Assembly (NCBI GenBank): GCA_030390025.1 | Contig: CM059427.1 | Span: forward strand, 13,516,001 to 13,580,000 | Length of the DNA: 64,000 bases | Reading direction: 5' to 3' | Source: Squalus acanthias | Taxonomy: Eukaryota | Shown here: one piece after another, positions 11,210 to 22,961 of the stretch | Position numbering within the stretch: position 1 is the first letter of the stretch | How the letters are laid out: every line of letters begins with the position of its first letter | Notes under the pieces: model-generated | Told to the model about the DNA's origin: nothing | Databases searched by the model: none | Seen by the model: the letters and a program-made list of their open reading frames with translations, nothing else | Position numbers and translations under genes: made by a program

Positions 11210-13700
11210 GACCAAGAAAGAGGACTTTGCCAAAGCTATGCTAAATGAGGAGGTTGCCAGGATACTGGATCAGATAAAAATAGATAAAGATGCGATACTA
11301 GGAAGGCTGGCAGTACATAAAGTAGAAAAGTCACCCGGTCCGGATGGGATGTATCCTAAATTGCTGAAGGAATTAAGGGTAGAAATTGTGGAGATGCTGG
11401 CCACAATCTTCCAATCCTGCCTTAGATACAGGGGTGGTGCCAAAGGACTGGAGGATTGCAAATGTTACACCCTTGGTCAAAAAAGGGTAGAAGGATAAAC
11501 CTGGCAATTATAGGCCAGTCAGTTTAACATCGGTGGTGGGGAAGCTTTTAGAAACAATAATCCAGGAGAAAATTAACAGCCACTTGGACAAGCATGGACT
11601 AATAAAGGAGAAACAGCATGGATTTGTTAAGGGAAATTGTGTTTGACTAACTTTGATGAGGTAACAGAGAGGGTGGATGAGGGCAGTGCAGTTGATGTGT
11701 TTATAGACTTTCAAAATGCGTTTGATAAAGTACCGCACATTAGGCTTGTTAGCAAAATTGAAGCCCTATGGGGAAAAAAGGGGCAGAAGCAGTATTGATA
11801 CAAAATTGGTTAAGGGATAGAAAACAGAGTTATGGTGAATGTCTGTTTTTCAGACTGGAGGGAGGTAGACAGTGGAGTTCTCCAAGGTTCAGTACTAGGA
11901 CAACTGCTGTTTTTGATATACAATAATGACTTGGACTTGGGGGTACAGGGTACAATTTCGAAATTCGCAGATGACACGAAACATGGAAGTGTCGTAAACA
12001 CTGAGGAAGCTAGTAATAGACTTCAAGAGGAAATAAAAAGGCTGGTGGAATGGGTGTATGAAATTCAACGCAGAAAAGTGTGAGGTTATACATTTTGGTA
12101 GGACGAATGAGGAGAGACAATACATGGTAAATGGTACAATTTTAAAGGGAGTGCAAGAATAGAGAGACCGGGGGTGCTTGTGTACAAATCCTTGAAGATG
12201 GCAGGACAGGTTTACAAGGCAGTTAATAACACATATGGGCTCCTGGGCTAAACCTATATAAAACATTAGTTCGGCTCCAGCTGGAGTAATGTGTCCAATT
12301 CTGGGCACCACACTTTAGGAAGGACGTGAAGGCTTTGGAGAGGGTACAGGAACGGCTCCAGGGATGAGGATTACTGTTATGTGGATAGACTGGAGAAGCT
12401 GGGGTTGTTCTCCTTCGAGCAGAGATGGCTAAGAGGAGATTTGATAGAGGTGTTTCAGATCATGAAGGGTTTAGATAGAGTAAATAAAGAGAAACTGTTT
12501 CCAATGGCTGAAGGGTCGATAACGAGAGGGCACAGATTTAAGGGGGGCGATTTTGCCGGCGCTCAGGGGTCGGGTTTGGAGGCGGGACTGCTGGCAAAAT
12601 CAAAAGGATTGGCAGCGGGTCCCGAACCCGCTTCCAACCCACCTCCAATCAATCTTCCCGGGAGTCGGGACCCCGATTTGCGCAGGGACCCAACTCCGAG
12701 CGGCGGGAAGAGGATTATAGCCACTTAACTGCTTGTTAACAGGTAGTTAACAAGCAGTTAAGAGGCTTTTTCCAATTTTGCCATGTCGACTGCGGGCTTC
12801 TCGACGTCCGGACACCACGCCAAGTAAGTGTGGCGTGTTGTGGGTCCACTGTAATGTTTCTTCATTGATGAAAGCTGCAGAAGTGGTGTGAAGGATCCAA
12901 TGGGACACTGGTGAGTTTCAGAGGTAAGGAAATGCTGGAAAATCATTTTTAATGTATTTAGACTTTTCTGCAAGTAATAAGATTTGAAGTGTTTGTGTAG
13001 TCCCACCTCATTGGGAGAACCTCTCTCACCAGCGACAGATCGCTTCTGTAACCTCACCTGCAGCTGCCATCTGTTTTATCCTAAGGAGAGAGTCTCTGGA
13101 GAGCCTGGGTGCAAGGGCTCACCTTTGTACAGTGATTGGCAGTGTTTGCAGCACCTCAATGCTGTCAAACACTGAAAAATCATCTGTCAAACAAAAATGA
13201 GCGTGTCCCCTTTAAGAAAACCGGCAGATGACGCGTCATCAACTGACGTCATCTGACACTGGCTTTCTCTTAATTGGCCAGCAAGCCCGCAGGGCGGGCT
13301 TAACAAGGCCAATTGACGCAAAATAGCGTCTGTGCGTCGGGTGTCGTTGGGGGGCGGGATCGGAACCCGCAAGTCTGCTGACCCGCTCCCAACTCGCCTC
13401 TTCAGGTAAGATCGCGGCCAAGGTGATTGGCAAAAGAACCAGAGGCGTCATGAGGAAAAACTTTTTTACACAACGAGTGGTTAGGATTTGGAATGCACTG
13501 CCTGATAGGGCGGTGGATACAGATTCAATAGTAGCCTTCAAAAAGGAATTGGATAAATACTTGAAGGAGAAAGAATTGCAGGGATATGGGGAAAGAGGGA
13601 GGGAGTGGGACTAACTGGATTGCTCTTTGAAAGAGCCGGCACAGACTCGAAGGCGAGCCGAATGGCCTTCTTCTGTGCTGTACTATTCTATGAATCTATG
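11210..13700 (+). mobile_element. 5'-truncated CR1 LINE (RT region), interrupted by a Harbinger MITE
   Basis: KSPGPDGMYP, NYRPVSLT, QGSVLG, KFADDTK, RGDLIE and FFTQRVV motifs with frameshifts, plus the 3' tail. Confidence 0.95.
12543..13419. mobile_element. Harbinger-type MITE inserted in CR1
   Basis: AAG TSD (12540-12542, 13420-13422). TIRs GGGGGCGATTTTGCC / GGTAAGATCGCGGCC. The CR1 reads through after removal (AGATTTAAG-GTGATTGGC). Confidence 0.9.
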
Positions 13701-14332
13701 ATGTCCTGTGCCCCAAGGAGCCTGAAAAATGTCCAACCTGAAATTGGTCCAGGCCATTTTTCAGGCATCCCAGGGGGCCACCTAAAACAGGCGTTAGGTC
13801 CTGTATGTATGTAAATGAGGGGCCTTAAGAACATATCCATTGTATTTGTTGTGGACTGTGCCTTAAACTGAGGGAATGATCCTCAGTTTAGTGTGTATTG
13901 TGGCCATATTCCTGATCAAAATGGTCTTTCCTCAGTTTATGGAATTGGCTTTTCAATCAATTGCTGTACCTTATCTCAAAATTGATTGTGCATTCATTTA
14001 CACCTCGTTGAGAAAGTTGTTTCCGAACATAATCATCACACTATGTATAGCTTCTAGCATTTTTAAAACCACATCACGTTCTCATAGTATTAAGGGATGG
14101 ATATCTGAAAGTCATCTTCAAGACTTGCTGGTAATTTTTCAGAAATCGCCATAGCCTAAGCACCTGTGAAAGTGACCTTGCTGTCAGCCAGCGGTCAATC
14201 ATCAATGCAAAATTGGGTAATTAACAGAAAACTGCTGTTAACTCTAATCTTCCTCACTGCGCCCCTTCTTCAACTGCACATTGGAAGAAAATTTTGGTAA
14301 TCAGATGGTTGCAGTTTAATCAAAGGATTGGA

Positions 14333-16097
14333 ACATAGAGTCCTAGAATGCTTACAGCACAGAAGGAGGCAATTCGGCCCGTCGAGTCCGTGCCGGCTCT
14401 CTGCAAGAGCACTTCAGCTAGTCCCACTCCCCCACCCTTTCCCCGTAGCCCTGCAATTTTTTTCCCTTCAAGTACTTATCCAATTCCCTTTTGAAAGCCA
14501 CAATTGATTCTGCATCCACCACCCTTTCAGGCATTCCAGATCATAACCACTCGCTGCGTAAAAAAGTTTTTCCTCATGTCGCCTTTGGTTCTTTTGCCAA
14601 TCACCTTAAATCTGTGTCCTCTGGTTCTCGACCCTTCTGCCAATGGGAACAGGATTTCTCTATCTACTCTGTCTAGACCCCTCATGATTTTGAACACCTC
14701 TATCAAATCTCCTCTCAACCTTCTCTGCTCTAAGGAGAACAACCCCAGCTTCTCCAGTCTGTCCACGTAACTGAAGTCCCTCATCCCTGGAACCATTCTT
14801 GTAAATCTTTTCTGCACCCTTTCTAAGGCCTTCACATCCTTCCTAAAGTGTGGTGCCCGGAATTGGACACAATACTCCAGTTGAGGCTGAACCAGTGTTT
14901 TCTAAAGGTTCATAACTTCCTTGCTTTTGTACTCTATGCCTCTATTTATGAAGCCCAGGATCCCGTATGCTTTTTTAACCGCTTTCTCAACCTGCCCTGC
15001 CACCTTCAACGATTTGTGCACATATACCCTCAGGCCTCTGTTCATGCACCCCCTTTAGGATTGTACCCTTTAGTTTATATTGCCTCTACTCGTTCTTCCT
15101 ACCAAAATGTATAACTTTGCACTTTTCTGTGTTAAATTTCATCTGCCACGTGTCCACCCTTTCCACCAGCCTGTCCATATCCTCTTGAAATCTATTACTA
15201 TCCTCCTCACTGTTCACTAGACTTCCAAGTTTTGTGTCATCTGCAAATTTTGAAATTGTGCCCTGTACACCCAAGTCTAAGTCATTAATATATATCAAGA
15301 AAAGCAGTGGTCCTAGTACCAATTCCTGGGGAACACCACTGTATACCTTCCTCCAGTCCGAAATACAACTACTCTCTGTTTCCTGTCACTTAGCCAATTT
15401 TGTATCCATGCTGCCACTATCCCTTTTATTCCATGGGCTTCAACTTTGTTGGCAAGCCTATTATGTGGCACTTTTTCAAATGCCTTTTGGAAATTCATGT
15501 CAACCGCATTACCCGCATCAACCCTCTCTGTTACCTCATCAAAAAACTCAGTCAAGTTAGTTAAACACGATTTGCCTTTGACAAATCCGTGCTGGCTTTC
15601 CTTAATTAATCCACACTTGTCCAAGTGACTGTTAATTTTGTCCCAGATTATCGTTTCTAAAAGCTTACCCACTACCGAGGTTAAACTGACTGGTCTGTAG
15701 TTGCTGGGTTTATCCTTACACCCTTTTTTGAACAATTGCAATGTGTAACATTTGCAATTCTCCAGTCCTCTGGCACCACCCTCATCTCTAAGGAGGATTG
15801 GAAGATTATGGCCAGTTCCTCCACAATTTCCACCCTTACCTCCCTCTGCATCCTAGGATGCATCCCATCCTGTCCTGGTGACTTATCTACTTTAAGTACA
15901 GCCAGCCTTTCTAGTATCTCCTCTTTATCAATTTTTATCCCATCCAGTATCTCAACTACCTCCTCTTTCACTATGACTTTGGCAGCATCTTCTTCCTTGG
16001 TAAAGACAGATGCAAAGTACTCATTTAGCACCTCAGCAATGCCCTCTGCCTCTATGCGTAGGTCTCCTTTTTGGTCCCTAATCGGTCCCACCCCATT
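14333..16097 (-). mobile_element. 5'-truncated CR1 LINE
   Basis: LNEYFASVFT, NYRPVSLTSVVGK, KFADDTK and RGDLIE motifs. The 3' UTR is at 14333. Confidence 0.95.
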
Positions 16098-17621
16098 ACA
16101 ACAGATATTCAGTGACAGCAATTTTAAATTTATTACTTTGACTGTAAAAACGTTCAACAGTCAAAATTCCCCCTATTTATTTTTCTGGAAGCTAAGACTG
16201 TTCCATTAAATGTATAATTATAAAGGAATTGTAAGCCTGCAGTTATGTATCAAATTATTTGCATACTTTTGTGTTCAATCTGTAGTTTTAGTAACCCAGT
16301 TGGTTCAGTGTCGGACTGTTGGCCCTAGATTGCAATGCTCACACTCCTTCATCCTTCTGAGGAGGGGTAAGGAGTAGCACATGTTGGAATGTAAACGGTT
16401 ACCAGGAGACTGCACAATGCTTGGCACACTACAGAGAATTCTGCTGCACAATCCCTCCCAAAATTGAGCGGGTTTGCAGCAGAGAATGTCTGCAAACTCG
16501 GGTGATGAGGCCTTTGCTCCCATGTCTCTTGATCACGAGAATCTCGCTGGGATCATGCCATGCATGTGCAATGAGCACATCCAGGCGCGGACCATTATTT
16601 TGTAAAATTGGTCCTTGTCTGGAACGTCTTGCACTGTTGTTCAAAAGGTGGGGGGTCGGTCAGTATAAGCCAGCAGAGTGTGGAAACCTCTTTACTGGCC
16701 TGCGTAGGAGGTTGAGAGCTCCGTCCACTCACCACCAGAACAAAATAGTGACTTGGATGCTCTGTCTCAAGAGACTGGGAGTGAAATTTACACTGGAGTG
16801 ATGTTTTGGCTGAGCAACCAAGTATTTTTCTTTTATTTAAAGGAGTTGGAACTGAAAGAATTGGGTCTGGGGAGGAGTTAGTCTGTATTGGTATATTCTG
16901 TCATTTTAAACATTTCAAAATCTTTTAATCAAGCGCCAAAAGAGTGAGGACTAAGCAGGGAGAAAGCCCGCTTAGTCGATGAGGAAACTAACAAAATCTC
17001 TTAAAGATAAAGGGAAAACATTCAGATATTGTAAGTTGTCTGGGAAACAGTGTAGTAAGGATAACTATAAGGAGAAAGGATTTGGAAAGGACAATTGGGC
17101 GGACTGCCACTTCCCGACGGTTTTGGGCGGGTATTAAGATCTTGCGGGCCTCACACTGCCGAGGTCGGGGCGGTTTGTGCTCCGCCTCTGGCCGCCCGCC
17201 CGCCCGCACAACTCCCACCCCAGTTAAAATCGGGGCCTCGTTCTATTTTCCAATATAAAGCACTGGAACCTGTTGCATAGGAGAAATTAAACATGCATTT
17301 GAAAGTAATAAAAAATTCAGGAATGTTTAATGTGGAAAAACTGAGTGTTTTAACTGAGACAACAAAAGTTAACGGCAGTACTACAAGAATCCTCCCTGAA
17401 GCTGTTGGATCCTCCTGAGCATTTCCGCAGTGACTGTATGATATTAAAAATGGCAGATTGCTGATTTAATTTATGCAGCACAATGGGACAGTAGATGGAG
17501 CTCCAACTTGGAGACTATCGCCGAGACCACAATTGATCTTGGAATTGAAAGTCATTTTGGTGTTACTTTCTGGACATCAAATACGTCATGGTTAATTACT
17601 CTGATATCTTTGTCTCAACAG

Positions 17622-17807
17622 TTTTGCGTTCCAATCTCCCAATCTTCTGTAAGGCCCCCGCTGACAAAGGTGACTGCAATGCATCCGTAAACAAATACTT
17701 CTACAACCACTCCATTGACAACTGCGAGACCTTTATCTACAGTGGATGTGGAGGAAATCAGAACAATTTTAACAGCAAACAGATATGTCGTCGGACCTGC
17801 AGGAAAG
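17622..17807 (+). CDS. TFPI: Kunitz/BPTI protease-inhibitor domain exon, most like TFPI Kunitz-3
   Basis: CAG acceptor, G|GTATAT donor, 186 bp, phase 1-1. xLRSNLPIFCKAPADKGDCNASVNKYFYNHSIDNCETFIYSGCGGNQNNFNSKQICRRTCRK has all 6 Cys. PAD.G.C, YSGCGGN.NNF.SKQ.C and C.KG match human TFPI K3 as recalled. The Kunitz call is firm; TFPI versus TFPI2 is less certain. Confidence 0.8.
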
Positions 17808-17877
17808 GTATATACAGTGAAACAAGAACCTCTGTTCTTGTGCTGCTTAATACAGTAATAGGGGCTGGTGGAGCTAT

Positions 17878-20090
17878 GGGCCAGAAAGTGGGCCCTTTAG
17901 CGCCGGTCGTTAAGGCTGGTGTTGCAGAAAAAATGGAGGCCACCTTGCTTCCGCCTGATTCCGGCGCGGAACGCGGCGACCGCCATTTTGGGCAGGTCGG
18001 CAGCGCTGCCATTGCCTGCGCTCGCCGCACATATTTAAATGATGCAGATCGTGATGTCAATTGCCGTGCAACGCCTAAATTGATGCACGACCTGTGATTT
18101 TCGATGTTGCCGCTCTTAATACCGACCTCTCCAAACCACACACAGAACGTGTGTGCAGCAGTGCAACAGAGACACTCCCAGTGCTTCTTAAAGGGACACA
18201 CACAACTTTCAGGTAAGTTTAGATTTTTGCTTTTGGACTTTTTTTAATACATTTTAGGAGTAGTGGCTTGGTGCAATACCTTTAAAAAGTTGTTAAAGTG
18301 TGCAGGGCCTGCTGCTGGACATTTGCAAGGCTCTGGCTGTTAAAGGAAGGCCTCTGAGAAGACCACTTGTTCCCAGTCCTGGGGGCTCTACTTGCAGTCC
18401 CTGTTGGGCTGCGACATCACATGGAGATGGAGCAGAGGCAGCAAAGGGGACAAGCTGCTCGCAGAGGTAAGAGGAAGCAGAAGAGGAGAAAGCGGAAGAG
18501 AAAAAAGCAGAAGGAAGGAGGCACCTAATGTTCCGTCTAATTTTCCTTTCGCTGCGTGGAGCCTTTAACGGGCTGCATGACCCATTCAAAAATCTGCACA
18601 TGCGCGGTTTTCGCATTTAAAAGCTGGTGAGCCAGCTGTGTGGGAGCTCCAGACCGCAGCTTAAAGGGAACATTGGAGGCAACCCAGACAGCCCTTTCTG
18701 GCCGGGATATCCGGGATCGAAACATTCCCCTGCGGTACCAGTGAACACGACCCCAATTCTCCTTTTAACATTTGTCCTACACCCTACCTTCCCTCTGTTA
18801 CTGACCATCACAGAGTCCTCTTGGCCACAATGCTGAAATAAAAGCCACCACAAAGCAAACTTTCCAATTCAACTTTATCCATATATGCATCCAAAATTAC
18901 ATTAAAAAATCAACTAATCACCGTTGTGCATTCCCTTAGTGAGCGTCTTCCGTGTGCCTTTGTCTATCATAGTGATGTCACGCAGTGCTACACCAGTGGC
19001 TGCAGCATGGCTGGTGGAAGGCTGCTGACTTTCAGTGGGGGAGATTGCAGATGACCTTGCAGGACAACCTCGAGGACTTGGTGGCTGGGAGTGTGAAATC
19101 GAGTGACGGTGTTTCGTCTTCTTCTTCTTCTTCTTCCCCTGCCCTCTTCTTGGTCAACCACTGGCTGGGCAGGCTGATTTCTTGGGTGTCTGAAATGAGG
19201 AAGGCACAAAGGGTTGTGGTGTGGGGAGGAGGGAAAAGCAAGAGGTGCATGCTTACACCATGTGCAGCTTATATATCAGAAGAAATTGTGGGATGAAGGG
19301 GAAGTGGGATGTGAGAAGGAGGATAACGTATGAGGATGCCGGCATCTTGTATTCTGTCAGCGCCGCCTCTGGCGAAGGGCTCAGTCATGCCCCTGCCAAA
19401 AATGGCCAGCACCGTCTCCTCCAAGAGCGTGAGGTGAAGCTAGGAATGTGAGGTGTGCCTTGTGAGTCATAGAGATTGTTCGTAGGTGAGGGATGGGAGA
19501 GGGTGGGGGTCGTTGAGCAGTGTGTGAGACTAGTGGTGCAGTTGGTAGGAGACGGCTTTTGAAGATACATTCACTGACCTTGACCACTTGTCTGAGGTCA
19601 TGAAACTTCTTTGGGTACTGGAGCCAGGTCCTGGGGACAAAACTGCTGTCAGTGACGGCCTCGGCGATCTGGTCCCACATCCTTCTTTCTGGAGGACCTC
19701 TCTTGAAGTGTTGACCCCCTGCACAAAGCTGCGTCCGAGACCCTGGGTGCCCTTTCTCTGGCCTGGTGAAACATTTGTGTTGGTGCTGAAGCACTTCTAG
19801 CATTTTTTTATGTGCAGAAGACAGCTCAGCTTTAAGAGCTGCAGACTGCCTTTAAGAGGAGCAGGCTAGCTTTAACTAAAGCTAGCCTCGCTCCAGCGAG
19901 GTGAACTTCGGCCCCCTGCTGAGCGCACAGCCTGTCAGCAGCTCGTTCCTCACTAGGCTGTGCGCTCCTATCATGTTACTTAGCAGGCAGCACCAAATTG
20001 ACGTGCCGCCTGCGCTTTCCGAACGGGTGTGGGCATATCTCGCATCGCGGTGCCTGCGCCCGTTTTTTTGCGCAATCGAATTTCACTCCC
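17878..20090. mobile_element. Deleted Harbinger element with Myb/SANT remnant (minus, about 19578-19800)
   Basis: WDQIAEAV...RTWLQYPKKFHDLRQVVK followed by a GT donor, and GGG-start ends. Inserted about 70 bp after the Kunitz exon donor. Confidence 0.8.
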
Positions 20091-21587
20091 AAAGTTAAAA
20101 TATAGCAGAAGAGTTTGAGTTACACTGAACATAATGAGCACCACAAGTTTTAAAAGTAATAGTAATTATGCTGTACAAATACACTTATTATAGACCAAGT
20201 ATATATAGAATGGGTGATGCAATTAAAAATCCTTTTAGGATATATTCGGCACATGTTGGAGTTACTCATCAATGCAACATATATATTCAAAATAACCTGG
20301 AAACTTGCAAACAAAATATCTGATGTCCATTTGAAGATGGATGCTGAAATTATTTTGCTATGATGTATGTTTTCTGTTGAAGAAGCCTCAAACTATTTTA
20401 AACATGGTTAGACCAGGGTAAACTAATGAGCACAATGACCATAAATCCAAACTTGACATCAGCTGTTTGAACAGTATACCGAGTTTGGCTACACTTCCCA
20501 GAAAGCATCTTACGTGTATATTTTTCATGAAGTTGTCACTCTACTGAAAGCTAACTGTTTCATGTCGACCCCATTGTTGTTGGGTGTTTTATTTTTTTTA
20601 CTTGATTCGTTCGTGAAAAAAAAAACCTGGACATTGAACCAAAAAGCAACAGCTCCCTCTACTGATTAATGATGAAATTAAATGAAAAGTAAGTTATTTT
20701 CGTGGCTGGGAACCAGTGGAAGTCACCGAGGGAGTAGCTAATTTTGAATGTTCAGACCTAGGTCCCAGAATAAGAGTTCAGCGTTCTGTCACTAGAGCCT
20801 TCAGGGCAACAGTCATTTAATTACCTGAACGGGTGAAAATTGTTGCCTTCAAACTGCTAGTTTTTTTTTAAAAGGAAAAGCAAAAGTGGCAAATGTAAAT
20901 GTTCAACAGCAGAGGTTATTATTGAAAGCTTTTCTCCAGTCAGTCTCTTCCCTCCCAACCCAATTCAATAGATCCCTCATCCCCGAATATATTACAAACT
21001 TCAGACAGGTCACTTCCAAGTTCAGTGGCTCACAAATGGCCGACTGTATATGTGACACAAAAAGCCCTGATTATAAAAGATAAGAAATAGGATGACATTT
21101 TAAAATAACTTACAAAGCCAGACTAGTAGAATACTACATATAAGCACATGGGGAAAGAGTGAAAATCCCCATTCTGTTCCAATATAATTAATACTTGCCT
21201 TGTTCTCAAGCACCATACATTTCAGCTCACTTTTAAAGAGGATTGAAAGACCTGCAGGAGTACATTTTGTTCAAAGCATTGCTCCCTTTTTATAAACTCA
21301 TGGTGACATGAATCTTGTCATTCATGTGGAAATGACTTATGAAGTAATACTGGGCGGCCTGCTGGTGGCGCTGTCCAGGGAGAGTATAAATACTCGGGCA
21401 TGGGCCCAGCTTGCTCAGGACATTCTTTAACAGGAACTAGTGAAGGACACAACTAGATCTCCATGTTGAAAAACAGTTGATTAAAGCTTTGTTTAACGCT
21501 TAGACCAAGTGCCTAGTAGTTTTCTTACATCACATGCTAAATTACTTTGTTCTATTTTTAAATGCCGGTTTTCTTGCTGACGTGGAG

Positions 21588-21620
21588 CGTCCAATTCCTC
21601 GTCCAATTCCTCGTCCAATT
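21588..21620. repeat. 12-bp tandem repeat (CGTCCAATTCCT) x2.7
   Basis: Read directly from the sequence. Confidence 0.9.
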
Positions 21621-21822
21621 GCTATGTTTGTTATTTGTAGCAAAATTGTAAAAGTGTTCCAATCAAAGGAAAACTTCCTGTTATGTTTCTGATGTAATTA
21701 CCACATTAAGGTCAGAGGAAATCTTTTACCACCAAGGCCCCCTCTCCGATGGACCACTCTGGCATTGCCAGTTACGGGAAATACCCTGAAGTGAGTTCAT
21801 TGCAAATGGTGGAGAGCACACC

Positions 21823-22051
21823 TTCAGGCCAGCTTGGTTTCTCGGTCTATCGTGTCGGGTGGCTTTCTTCGGTCAGGTGGTTCGGGAGCAGTCCTCAGGC
21901 CAGCTTGGTTTCTCGGTCTATCGTGGTCGGGTGACTTTCTTCGGTCAGGTGGTTCGGGAGCAGTCCTCAGGCCAGCTTGGTTTCTCGGTCTATCGTGGTC
22001 GGGTGACTTTCTTCGGTCAGGTGGTTCGGGAGCAGTCCTCAGGCCAGCTTG
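21823..22051. repeat. 72-bp CpG-rich tandem repeat, about 3.2 copies
   Basis: CAGGCCAGCTTGG starts at 21825, 21896 and 21968; a partial unit starts at 22040. Confidence 0.95.
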
Positions 22052-22662
22052 CAGTCACGTTGCCCACTTTTCACAGTGGAGCTGCTCCAGGACATGTAAG
22101 AACTTCACATCATGGGAATGACATAACAAGGAAGCAGACTCTATTTGAGAGGCTTCAACAGCAATAAAATTGACGTCAAACCAAAAAAAGGCAAAATAAT
22201 TTAGTCAGTGTATTATTTTCTTTTATAAAAAGAGTATTGAATAAAACAGTACTCCCCTAAACACTCATTCCCCTTTAACCTCCATTCTAAACTGAAGGGC
22301 TATTTTGGAATACTCCGCACAGATCTATTTTAAGTGTGGAACTTTGGCTTCATTCATGAATACAATTTTTTAACCTAGGTAAGTGATTTGTGTGCCTTGC
22401 TTGTTAGTTGCTGCTTTGATAAATTGCATTATGATTTCTTCAGAGTTTCTGAATGTCACAGAAATGAAGTGTCCTGAATGAGGCCTACAGAAGGGCCCAT
22501 GCTCCATCCTTCCTAGTTTTACAGAACATGTTTTTATAAACATCTTCAAGTGCCTTCTCAGTGCAACAGCGATTGCCTCAACCATAAAGAAAACAAGTTG
22601 AACATTTCTACAAGCAGATTTAATACATTTCACATCTAAATTTCTTTATTTTTAACTTTCAG

Positions 22663-22679
22663 GAATCAAAAAGCAATAG
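22663..22679 (+). CDS. Candidate terminal coding exon of the TFPI-like gene (G-IKKQ*)
   Basis: Strong acceptor TTTCTTTATTTTTAACTTTCAG. A phase-1 join to the Kunitz exon gives GIKKQ-stop. AATAAA at 22714. Confidence 0.4.
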
Positions 22680-22961
22680 CCCTAAAATTGGCTGAAAATA
22701 CAGGAAGCGTTCAAATAAACACGGAAGAGAATCAAATTGACACAGGAAGCCTTGCAATCTCTTGGAATTTAAATTACGCTTGACCTGAAGATGCCACTCT
22801 CTGCACTTTTAAACATCCCTGTTGAGTCTGTTTTCTTGTTTGCAAAAGCAATGATAGTGAACACAGTAGCATAGAAGCATAGAAGATAGGAGCAGGAGTA
22901 GGCCATTCGGCCCCTCGAGCCTGCTCCGCCATTTAATGAGATCATGGCTGATCATCCAAAT

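Noticed and set aside
17588-18097. 169-aa ORF as a complete gene
   Set aside because: Only 17622-17807 is exon; the rest is intron and Harbinger sequence.
21823-22051. CRISPR-like regular repeats
   Set aside because: Head-to-tail identical units with no unique spacers, no cas genes and a vertebrate context.
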